DNA from: Candidatus Thorarchaeota archaeon
GTDB taxonomy: Archaea; Asgardarchaeota; Thorarchaeia; Thorarchaeales; Thorarchaeaceae
NCBI GenBank assembly: GCA_003345595.1
Contig: PRDI01000105.1
Location: 1 to 13,581 of the forward strand
DNA: 13,581 bases
Direction: 5' to 3'
The notes under the pieces were generated by a model. The model made no database searches and was not told the DNA's origin. It saw only the letters and a list, made by a program, of their open reading frames with translations. Below are positions 1 through 8,500 of this stretch, piece after piece. The position numbers were made by a program, and so were the translations under genes. Position 1 is the first letter of the stretch, and the number at the start of each line of letters is the position of its first letter.

Positions 1-1
1 C

Positions 2-376
2 ACTGGGGCAGGGAATGAATCCATGTTCGAGAGAATGAATGGCACTGACGTTCAGCGCATTCAGTTCATGAATGACATGTCAGATGTTGCGCAGGGTTTC
101 TTCAGCTGGGTGGATCAGGCAGTGATAACTCTGCCCGGAGGAGCAACTGAGGCTGTCAACGTGACAGCTTCCTACATGCCCATGGGAATGGGTGTGGCTG
201 TATACTTGGCCTACCCCAACTTCGACAATGGAACACTGACCCACGATCCATCGATAGGCCTGTATGAGAGCGGAAACCCCATCACTACGACCCCCGATAA
301 CATGCCAATTGTCCTCGGGATTGGCTTGGTGGCAGCAGTTGCCATTGCAGTAGTCGTTCTCCGCAGAAAACAGTAA
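2..376 (+). CDS. C-terminal part of a secreted/surface protein with C-terminal membrane anchor (5'-truncated by window edge)
   Basis: The frame is open from position 2 (TGAGNES-M...), so the ATG at 23 is probably internal. It ends in HDPSIG, a Thr/Pro linker (PITTTP), a hydrophobic helix (IVLGIGLVAAVAIAVVVL) and a basic stop-transfer tail (RRKQ). N-X-S/T sequons: NES, NGT, NVT, NGT. Confidence 0.8.
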   Translation, partial: TGAGNESMFERMNGTDVQRIQFMNDMSDVAQGFFSWVDQAVITLPGGATEAVNVTASYMPMGMGVAVYLAYPNFDNGTLTHDPSIGLYESGNPITTTPDNMPIVLGIGLVAAVAIAVVVLRRKQ

Positions 377-383
377 CCCATAA

Positions 384-418
384 GGTGGTGGACTGTGTCC
401 ACTACCGTTTTTCTTTTT
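384..418 (+). terminator. Stem-loop plus T-tract terminator
   Basis: GGTGGTGGAC (384-393) pairs with GTCCACTACC (397-406) as a 10-bp stem with one G-U pair and a TGT loop. It is followed by TTTTTCTTTTT (408-418) and starts 8 nt after the stop codon. Confidence 0.75.
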
Positions 419-496
419 AACAGAACAATCCTGTACACGCAACAAGACGGATGACACGCTCCAGAGTCAATAAACGCGAAACGATAGTGATTGACG

Positions 497-1492
497 ATGA
501 AAGGTTTCCTGCTAGCTCTGACAATCATATCACTAGCAGTCCCGATTGCTCTGCCTCTTCAGGTTCAGGCCGCCGATACTGATAGTGTCCTTTTTGATCC
601 CGTGGACATTCGAGCAATTATGCACGAGAATACGAGCACTTCATTGATGGTCGATGCGCGGGCGAACAATGTAGGCTCGTTGTCCATGTCCTCACTCAGT
701 ATCGGCATTGAATCACTAGAGCTGGAGGTCATTGCTGTTCGGGTTGACAATGAAACAGCCAATGGAGAAACAATCCTGAGAGATGACTACACCGAGATTA
801 CAGTCACACTTCCCAAGGTTCTGGAAGCGAATTCATCTGTCTGGCTTCATCTAGCACTTGTAGCTAGCGATCTCCAATCACCTCTTGTCATTGCCCAAGA
901 TGCCAGCCATGTTAGTGGCGATTTCTTATTCTATGTCAGACCGCTTTCGGTATTTGCCAATTTTACGTTCACTGCAGTTCTTCCACCATATGCATCTCTA
1001 TCTAACGATTATGTAGTGACCCTCTTTCCTCACTCCGATTCCAATTTCACTGATGGCCAATCACTCATATTTGTTTGGGACGTGCCGCTGCTCCAGCCCG
1101 GTCAAGAACGAGTGTTCATAATCAAGTATCAACTTCCAAACATCTCCACAGTTCAAGCACAATCATCATTTCTTGGAAGTCTTCTCTACGGAGCATTGGG
1201 TGTCATAGCTGGGCTTGCTTTAGCATTCGGTGGCCCGAGAGTGATTGAACGGTTGAAACGCCTTGGAGCAGTGAAATACGTAGGAGTCACAGCTGAAGAA
1301 GAGGAGGTTCTGGCGACCATCCGGGAGAAAGGCGGCTCATGTACACAGAAAGAGCTTTACAGTCTTTTTGACATGTCACAGTCGAAGATGAGCCTGATTC
1401 TTACAAATCTTGAGCAGCGGGGTTTGATTCGAAGACTAAAGGAAGGACGGGAGAATGTGGTCCACCTGATGGAGCCCAAGCAAGCTGGCTAA
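497..1492 (+). CDS. Membrane-anchored winged-helix transcriptional regulator (COG2512-like: signal peptide, extracellular beta-rich domain, TM helix, C-terminal MarR-like wHTH)
   Basis: Signal-peptide-like MKGFLLALTIISLAVPIALPLQVQA (ATG 497 preferred over TTG 491). TM segment FLGSLLYGALGVIAGLALAFGG. C-terminal TAEEEEVLATIREKGGSCTQKELYSLFDMSQSKMSLILTNLEQRGLIRRLKEGRENVVHL is typical of this archaeal family. Confidence 0.85.
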   Translation: MKGFLLALTIISLAVPIALPLQVQAADTDSVLFDPVDIRAIMHENTSTSLMVDARANNVGSLSMSSLSIGIESLELEVIAVRVDNETANGETILRDDYTEITVTLPKVLEANSSVWLHLALVASDLQSPLVIAQDASHVSGDFLFYVRPLSVFANFTFTAVLPPYASLSNDYVVTLFPHSDSNFTDGQSLIFVWDVPLLQPGQERVFIIKYQLPNISTVQAQSSFLGSLLYGALGVIAGLALAFGGPRVIERLKRLGAVKYVGVTAEEEEVLATIREKGGSCTQKELYSLFDMSQSKMSLILTNLEQRGLIRRLKEGRENVVHLMEPKQAG

Positions 1493-1502
1493 GAGTCCAT
1501 CT

Positions 1503-2105
1503 TCACTCTTCGCCTTCAGGACCAAGTTTCTTTCCCGGGGGCAAGTCATCCATCAGCAGTCTTTCAGACTCAGCTTCTCTTACAGCCGCCGTGGCCTTAT
1601 CACCGCCAATGTTCTCCAAAGCGCCGGCTGCAGTCTGCCTGACGAACATCGAATCATCATGCAGGACACCTATCAGTGGCTCGACGGCTGCAGTGTCCCT
1701 CCTTTCACCGAGCTGGGCAGCAGCGAGAATGCGCACCATGTATCTGGAATCTCTGAGGCAGCTGATGAGTTGTGTTGTTGCACGTGGGTCGTCTATCCCC
1801 CCAAGACGTTCAATGGCACCAAGCGAAACCTGTTCGTCATCGCTCCGCACTTCGGCTGCAAGGTCATCGATGATGGAACCCTGATCTGCCAGACTTCGAC
1901 TGCCCCTTTCGGACATTAGCACTCTGTGTGAAGTGCCCTCCGTAGCTCTCTGTTTCTTGACGGGAGCCGGGGCAGTTCGGGGAGCCTTGGTCTTCTCCGC
2001 TTTTGCCACAGTCTTGGCGGGTCCTTTCCTTGTGCTTACCGCGGGAGCCCTGCTCTTTGTTTCGCCTTTCTTGTCACCCTTCTTGGCGCTTGACGCCTTT
2101 GGCAA
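1503..2105 (-). CDS. HEAT (PBS-lyase-like) repeat protein with Lys/Ala-rich disordered N-terminus
   Basis: Three HEAT-like repeats (AIERLGGIDDPRATTQLISCL; VRILAAAQLGERRDTAAVEPLIGVL; VRQTAAGALENIG). The start is placed at TTG 2105 (MPKASSAKK), with GGAG/GTGAG upstream. The ORF-track extension to 2204 looks non-coding. Confidence 0.8.
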   Translation of the reverse strand: MPKASSAKKGDKKGETKSRAPAVSTRKGPAKTVAKAEKTKAPRTAPAPVKKQRATEGTSHRVLMSERGSRSLADQGSIIDDLAAEVRSDDEQVSLGAIERLGGIDDPRATTQLISCLRDSRYMVRILAAAQLGERRDTAAVEPLIGVLHDDSMFVRQTAAGALENIGGDKATAAVREAESERLLMDDLPPGKKLGPEGEE

Positions 2106-2235
2106 CTCACTATCTCCAAGCCTTGATGAGGGCTCAATGTCGGTCCACAGTTGCTCTAATAAACAGTCTGAGTCCTCTTTGTCATAGCAAAAACGCCTTA
2201 ACACACTTCAGGATTTCGCGTGTCTGGTGACCTCC

Positions 2236-2655
2236 TTGCATGAGTTCTCTGCTGCCTGCTCCATCGTGGAGACTGTTGTAGAGGCAGCAAGGAGTCATGA
2301 TGTCAAGAGGGTCAAGGCTGTGAACATTGAGGTCGGTGAGTTCACATTCCTTCTTCCTGAACAGCTGCGTTTCAATTTTGAGATTGCAAGTCAGAAGACG
2401 ATCGCCGAGGGCGCAGAGCTGAACATTAGGATGGTGAAGGGGAGGCTGATCTGTCGTGACTGTGGGCACGAGGGCGAGGCACAAAGCCCTGATGAGGCTC
2501 TGGGTCCTGCCGCCATGTTTGCACCGATGAAGTGCACCAAGTGCGGTAGCAGCGCAACTACAATCACTGGTGGCAAGGAGTTTCTAATAGCAGATATCGA
2601 GGCAGAAGTTGCGGCTCCCGTCGAGAAACAAAGGCCTAAACCAAAACCGCATTGA
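2236..2655 (+). CDS. hypA: Hydrogenase maturation nickel metallochaperone HypA
   Basis: The N-terminal MHE Ni-binding motif requires a start at TTG 2236, which has GGTGA at 2226-2230. Also present: VGEFTFLLPEQLRFNFE, two CxxC Zn motifs (CRDC, CTKC) and GGKEF. Confidence 0.95.
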   Translation: MHEFSAACSIVETVVEAARSHDVKRVKAVNIEVGEFTFLLPEQLRFNFEIASQKTIAEGAELNIRMVKGRLICRDCGHEGEAQSPDEALGPAAMFAPMKCTKCGSSATTITGGKEFLIADIEAEVAAPVEKQRPKPKPH

Positions 2656-3016
2656 GGATGCCGTCCTGCCCCGGGCGACTAGTGACCTTGGCACGACCTT
2701 TGGCTGTCTTGATGATCGTCCCTCGAGTTATGACCTTGCGCCGCTGGTAGTCTGTGTTTGACGGGTTCTTTTCAACATCCTGAATCTCGGCCCGGAATGT
2801 CTGGTTCTTTTTAGGGTCAGTGATGTTTACCATCTTCGCGCGCAATATTGGTCTCTTCTTGTTGTGAACGCCTTTGCTGTCGATTGTGCGCCTCTTGGGT
2901 TCACCGAGGAGTGTTTCTGTGGGGGAACGACCCATCTCCCACTTCCTCTTGCTCCTGAATTGCTTGATCTTTGCGCCAGTTGGCTTTCGACCAGACTTGC
3001 GATGCCATACGCCCAT
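2636..3016 (-). CDS. rps8e: 30S ribosomal protein S8e (eS8)
   Basis: RKPTGAK, KRKWEMGR, VITRGTII and AKVTSRPGQDGILNAVLV are hallmark eS8 motifs. 126 aa, with a GAGGT RBS upstream. Confidence 0.98.
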   Translation of the reverse strand: MGVWHRKSGRKPTGAKIKQFRSKRKWEMGRSPTETLLGEPKRRTIDSKGVHNKKRPILRAKMVNITDPKKNQTFRAEIQDVEKNPSNTDYQRRKVITRGTIIKTAKGRAKVTSRPGQDGILNAVLV

Positions 3017-3163
3017 ACTGACTACCTCTTGGCTTAGTCACTGACGCTCACTGTGAAGCAGTTTTAAGTCTTGCTCAGTGGCGGCGTTCAGGTCGTACTG
3101 AACATCTCCTTCAAATACGACGAACAGGCACATGACTATTGCAGTCTGGATGGAGGCCGCCAC

Positions 3164-4177
3164 ATGCCAAAGATAGAATCCGCCCACGGTGCTGGTGGGA
3201 GAGTGATGCAGAGTCTGCTGAAGGAAGTGATTATCCCCTCCTTTGGGCTTAGGAAGATTGGGAGCATAGGTCTGGATGAGATGGATGACGGAGCGACACT
3301 GCAAGCGAATGGTGCAGGCCTCATAATAACCGCGGATGCGCACACAGTTCAACCGCTCTTCTTTCCAGGTGGCAACATCGGCACCCTTGCTGCCTGTGGT
3401 ACAATCAATGACTTAGCTGTCATGGGCGCTAGGCCCATCGCAATGACAAACACGATAGTGATAGAGGAGGGCTTCGAGATTGAGACACTCCATGAGATTC
3501 TGAAGTCATTGAACGCCGTCATCGAACCGCTTGAGGTCGCGATGATTGCTGGCGACACGAAGGTCATGCCGAGAGGAACTCTTGATGGCCTTGTGATGTC
3601 CACATCTGGCGTCGGCACAGTATATCTGGACTCCCCGGTTCCAGACAGCGGCGTCAAGGCCGACGATGACATAATTGTCACTGGACCGATTGGGGATCAC
3701 GGGACTGCATTGCTGGCTCACAGAGAGGGACTCAAGTTTGAAACCGATTTGGTAAGTGACGTGGCTCCTCTCTGGGAACCGATACGTGACTGTCTTGACG
3801 TCGGGGGCGTACACGCAATGAAAGACCCGACTCGCGGTGGAACTGCAGTTGCCCTGAATGAGTTCGCATCCAAGTCGAGAGTCGAGGTTGAGTTGGATGA
3901 GGGCCGCGTGCCTGTCCGTCCTGCCGTTCGCTCCCTGTGTGACATTCTGGGTCTGGAACCTCTCCACATAAGCTGCGAAGGTCGAGCAGTTATGGCAACA
4001 GACCCCTCAGTGACCAGTGACATATTACAGGTTCTATCAGAACACAAGACGACCCGGGATGCATGTGTTATTGGCAAGGCTCACAGGGGTGTTGGAAGAG
4101 TGCTACTGAAGACGGCGATAGGGGGTAGAAAGGTCCTACAAGTGCCCTACGGAGAACCGGTGCCCAGAGTCTGCTAA
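3164..4177 (+). CDS. hypE: Hydrogenase carbamoyl dehydratase HypE
   Basis: AHGAGG, DDGA, FFPGGNIGTLAACGTINDLAVMGA, GDTKV, MKDPTRGG and the terminal PRVC with the catalytic C-terminal Cys. Start at ATG 3164 with GGAGG at 3152-3156. The upstream 31 codons in the ORF track are an extension. Confidence 0.97.
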   Translation: MPKIESAHGAGGRVMQSLLKEVIIPSFGLRKIGSIGLDEMDDGATLQANGAGLIITADAHTVQPLFFPGGNIGTLAACGTINDLAVMGARPIAMTNTIVIEEGFEIETLHEILKSLNAVIEPLEVAMIAGDTKVMPRGTLDGLVMSTSGVGTVYLDSPVPDSGVKADDDIIVTGPIGDHGTALLAHREGLKFETDLVSDVAPLWEPIRDCLDVGGVHAMKDPTRGGTAVALNEFASKSRVEVELDEGRVPVRPAVRSLCDILGLEPLHISCEGRAVMATDPSVTSDILQVLSEHKTTRDACVIGKAHRGVGRVLLKTAIGGRKVLQVPYGEPVPRVC

Positions 4178-4292
4178 ATCAGATTTGAATCAGCTTCGGA
4201 CGATGTGGTTGCCGAATACTCTGAGGGCTGGGAACAATGACCCAAAACAAAGCGAGAGTTTGCCAGTCACATCTAGATCGTTTCTTCGTCTT

Positions 4293-4850
4293 CTAGGGTG
4301 TTTCCGGGTTCTCTTCTCCCTCTTGGTCCCCGGAAAGAATACGCTTCAGCTGGAATTTCAGTTGTGCCTTCAGTTTGACCTTGTCAGAATCAAGACCAAA
4401 GTAGTCGGAGAAGAGCTGAGTTGTCGTGAGCATCTTGCTCCGCCCTTCTGGTACAGCATCTATGAACTTCTTCTCCTCAAGTTCCTTCACATGGTCATAG
4501 ACATGAGTACCCCTCTGGACAACGAGGTCCGACTGTAAGATGGGCTGTTTGAGAGCAATGAAGACCAAGGTCTGAAGAGTACCAAACGAAAGGAGTCCAC
4601 CAGGTATGAGTTTTCCTACCCGAGTGGTCAGTTCGGGTTTCAGCTGCAACACATACCTCTCCCTCGGCAAGTCCACAACCTCCAATGCCCCACCTCGTTG
4701 GTGATACTCGAAATTCAGGTCATCCAGAAGCTTCTTCGCGGTAGACTCTGCCTTTCCAATGATGTCTGCTAGCTCCTGCAGTGTCATTGGTCTGCCCGCG
4801 ACATAAAGCGCCGCTTCAAGTGTCACCAGGTCCTCATTCACACATATCAC
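4293..4850 (-). CDS. scpB: SMC-Scp complex subunit ScpB (kite)
   Basis: LEAALYVAGRPMTLQEL, LQTLVFIALKQPILQSDLVVQRG, HVKELEEKKFI and TTQLFSDYFGL. GTG 4850 overlaps the scpA stop (GTGA). An alternative start is GTG 4841. Confidence 0.95.
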   Translation of the reverse strand: MICVNEDLVTLEAALYVAGRPMTLQELADIIGKAESTAKKLLDDLNFEYHQRGGALEVVDLPRERYVLQLKPELTTRVGKLIPGGLLSFGTLQTLVFIALKQPILQSDLVVQRGTHVYDHVKELEEKKFIDAVPEGRSKMLTTTQLFSDYFGLDSDKVKLKAQLKFQLKRILSGDQEGEENPETP

Positions 4851-5566
4851 CTAGACCTTACACGCGGCTTAATACCCTCTGAGGGCTTCTCCGTTTCTTC
4901 CGGCGGAGGTACTAGCTTGACCCATATTATGTCCTTCTTGTCCATCCAGAGGTCAATGAATGCTCTTGCATAGAGATGCAGCAGTGAGAAGAAGATGCGA
5001 ACTATCTCTCTTCGCGTGTTATTGACCAGCAGATCAGTGAATCTGACGACTTCACCCATTTTGACGATCTTGCTGATGTCTGCATATACGTCGGCGATGG
5101 TTTCCTCGATGTTCACCCGGGACGTATCCATGCTGAAAGACAGGGGTCCTGCCTCTGATTTTCCGTGCCGCGACTGAGGAATTGGCCGTTCTCTTATGCC
5201 CTTGCTCAGAACTCGGTCCATTGCCATGAGCAGTTCCTGCAGGGTTACTCTTCTGTTTGTGAGCCTGAATGGCGGAAGTATCTGGGGGATAGCGAGTTCC
5301 TCTTCCTCCTCACCTACTTCAGGAGGAATCAGGCCAAGTTCCAAGAGGTCTCTAGTCTTCTTCATGAAGATGACTGATGCAGAATAGAGCGCGTTTCCTG
5401 AAACTCGGAAGTCAATGTCCCCCATCCTTCTCATTTCTTGCAGGAAGCCTGCAACCAGCTTCCCGACATCCACGTTCCAAGGTTCGATGTTGTCCAGCTG
5501 AAGAACATCAGTGAGGAGGATGTAGGGTGGCGACGCCCAGAAGGGCGTATCATCACTCGTGCTCAC
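4847..5566 (-). CDS. scpA: Segregation and condensation protein A (kleisin)
   Basis: IEPWNVDV, DFRVSGNALYSAS, RRVTLQELL and C-terminal wHTH IVRIFFSLLHL. It lies between smc and scpB with GTGA overlaps. Confidence 0.93.
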   Translation of the reverse strand: MSTSDDTPFWASPPYILLTDVLQLDNIEPWNVDVGKLVAGFLQEMRRMGDIDFRVSGNALYSASVIFMKKTRDLLELGLIPPEVGEEEEELAIPQILPPFRLTNRRVTLQELLMAMDRVLSKGIRERPIPQSRHGKSEAGPLSFSMDTSRVNIEETIADVYADISKIVKMGEVVRFTDLLVNNTRREIVRIFFSLLHLYARAFIDLWMDKKDIIWVKLVPPPEETEKPSEGIKPRVRSR

Positions 5567-8500
5567 GCTGACTCAGCCACCTCCTGAAGGTCCACTGAAA
5601 CAATCCTGGATATGCCATCTTGGTTTGACACGCCAATGAGCATGTCCGCTTTTCGCACGGTGGTGTCCCTGAGCGACACCACTATGAACTGGGAGTTCTT
5701 GGACATTTCTGATATCAACAGTGCGACGTTGTGCGCATTGACATCGTCCAGGGCCGCGTCTATCTCATCAAAGACATAGAAGCTTGCGGGGTTGTGCATT
5801 TGAATGGCGAAGATCAATGCCAGTCCCGTGAGTGTCTTCTCTCCGCCGCTCATCGCATCAAGAGAAACCAGTTCTTTGCCTGCAGGTTTAGATCTGACAG
5901 TTATGCCCCCCATCAGCGGGTGTTCAGCATTCTCTAGCATCAGGTTTGCCTCGCCGTCTGGCGAGAGCTTGGCAAACACCTTCGAGAAGTTGTCTGCAAT
6001 ATCGTTGTATACTTGGAGGAATTTCTGGGTCTTTTCTTTCTCCAGCTCCTCCATGAACGACAGGATCTCCTTGTGTTCCTTCTCAAGCTGCGTCTTCTTC
6101 TCGACAATCTCGTCGTATCTGTCTTTTTCAGTATCATAATCCGTGAGCGACTTCAGGTTGACTGGACCCATTGCCTCAAGTTCTCTCTCAATCTCTTTGA
6201 TCTTCTCTTCAAGGTCCTCGATCGCTTTGGCAGTCAGCTCACGTTGCCCCGCTCTCTTCTCGAGCTCTGTTTCCACATCGCTCATCGTGGCTAGCTGGGC
6301 AGTGAGTCCGACCAAGTCGGTTTCAAGGCGCGAGCGTTCTACTTGGAGCCGGTAGACGGCTTTCTCGTTTCCAGTTTGTGACTCCTTGATTTCTTCCTGC
6401 TTCAGCCTGAGGTTTCTGATGGTTTCTTTCAGTTTCAGCTGCCGTACTCGCTTATCTTTGACTGCGGTGTCGATCTGTTCTCTCTCTGACTTCAGTTTGA
6501 GGAAATCGCTCTCTTTTGCCCTAAGGTCTGCCTCAATAGATGTAGCATCCTCTTCCAGACTCGGCAATACTGCCTCCAGTGACGCGATTCGGAGTTCCAG
6601 TTCTACTGACTTGGGCAAGTATCTCTCTTGAATCGAAACTCTCAGTGCGGAGGTTTCAGTCCGAATCCTCTCGTGGTTTCGCTTGTGCTGTTCTAGGACT
6701 TCCTTCAGATCTCTCAAGTCCTGATTCAACTTGCCCGTGCCTGACTTCGCCAGTATTTCGTTGCACTGGTCTCTTTGTTCTCTGACTCTTTCTCTCTGAG
6801 CAGTGAGCTCCTCATCTCGAGTCCTGAGCTCGGATATCTGCTTCTCCAGTTCCTCAATTGTGACTCTTGCCTTGTCAGTCTTCTCTTTCAGTTTCTCTGC
6901 TTTTTGTTCCCTGTCCCTGAGTTTCTCCTCTAGGCCCTTCAGTTCCAACCCGTCCCTGTAATTCCGCTTAGAAATGTCTTCAATCTCGCGGTCAAGTGCC
7001 CTTTTCCTGCTCAGGAGCTCTTCCTGCTGTTCTTTCAACTCAGACAGGATGTCCTCAAGGCCCTTGAGGCGTGAAATCAGGTCTGGGCTTGTGTCCTCCT
7101 CTTGAAGTGAGAGCCCCGTTGAATCTCTATGGAAGTGTCCTCCAGTGATGAGTCCTGAGCGTTCTACCAAGTCGCCCTCCAACGAAACCGCTCTACAGTT
7201 GTCGAAACCCACGGCCTTTGCGGTATCGAAGTCCTTGGTCACAAGTGTGTCCGAAAACACGAACTCAAAGGCCGGACGCATCTTCGGGTTAAAGGTCACA
7301 AGGTCCAGTGCATAGCCTATCACGCCCTCTCTCTGTGGCTTCCGACTCGGTCTTCGTGTCTTTATCCTGTTGAGTGGGATGAACGAGGCCCGTCCTACTC
7401 GCTCTTTCTTAAGCACCTCAATACATCGGGTGGCCACATCCTCATTCTCTACGACTATGTGGGACAGTCTGTTACCCGCCGCTACCTGCATGGCTGTGGC
7501 ATAGTCCGGGTTTATGACCCCCAGTTCTGCAACTGTGCCGTAGACCCCGTCAATCTCTCCCTTGTCGCGTAGTTCAAGCACTCTGGCCAAGGCTCTCCGG
7601 CGTTTCAAGAACGTCTCTTCGGCCTCTCTCAATGCATCCTGACGAGCCTGCAGCTTAATCAGTTCTTCCTTTGTCGAGGCAACGAGCTTGCTACTCTCAC
7701 TCACCTGCGCGTCCACTGTGGCAAGTTGCCTCTCAGTATCCTCAAGTTCCTGCCGCCTTCCAACTTCGGACTCATGCAGTTTCTGAAGGGCTGTAGTCTT
7801 TGCCGGGACGATGAATCTGAGTTCTAGCAGTTCCTCGTCTGTCTTCTTCGTGGAATCTTCAGCATCACGTAACTCCTCGTACGTGAGCCCCAATTCCTTA
7901 CTATCTGACCTTATGGTAGACCTGATTTCAGTCACACCCTCATCGAGGTGTGCCATCTGTGTGTTGAGGTCCTGAAGCCTTAGAGTGGCTTCATAGTATG
8001 CAGACTGCTCTTTCTCAAGAAGACCCTCGAGTCGTGCAATGTCAGTTGAGCACTCCAGAATCTCCTTGTCAAGACTCTCAAGTTCGAGTTGCTTCTCCTT
8101 GGTGCCATGTTCCGCAGCGGTCATTTGGTCTTTCGTGGAACTCAGCTGTTTCTCAAGCGCGTCCCGTTCTTGTCTGGTTCTGTCATAATCACTCTTTGCA
8201 CGATCGAGCTTGCTCCGAAAGTGTTCAACCTCTGCAGTCATGGTACCATACTGCTCAGAAACTCTTGAGGCGTCACCGCCGGTTATCAGGTCGATCTCCT
8301 GTTCTATTTCTCCGATTTCGGACTCGGTCTTGGCCATGTCTGCTTCGACCTTGGTCAGCTGCTTGGCAAACCTCTCAGCATCTGCGGCTCGCTCTGCAAG
8401 TGTTTCGTCTATCGTAGTTGTCCGGTTCTTGGACTTGATGACTGTCCAAGTCAAGCTCTCAATTCTGATCTGCTGTATCTGATCACGTAGACCGGTGTAA

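Noticed and set aside
3071-3163. N-terminal extensions in the ORF track (hypE 3071; also hypA 2227, HEAT 2204, Roadblocks 9755 and 11803)
   Set aside because: Family N-termini and RBS positions favour the downstream starts (3164, 2236, 2105, 9716, 11893).
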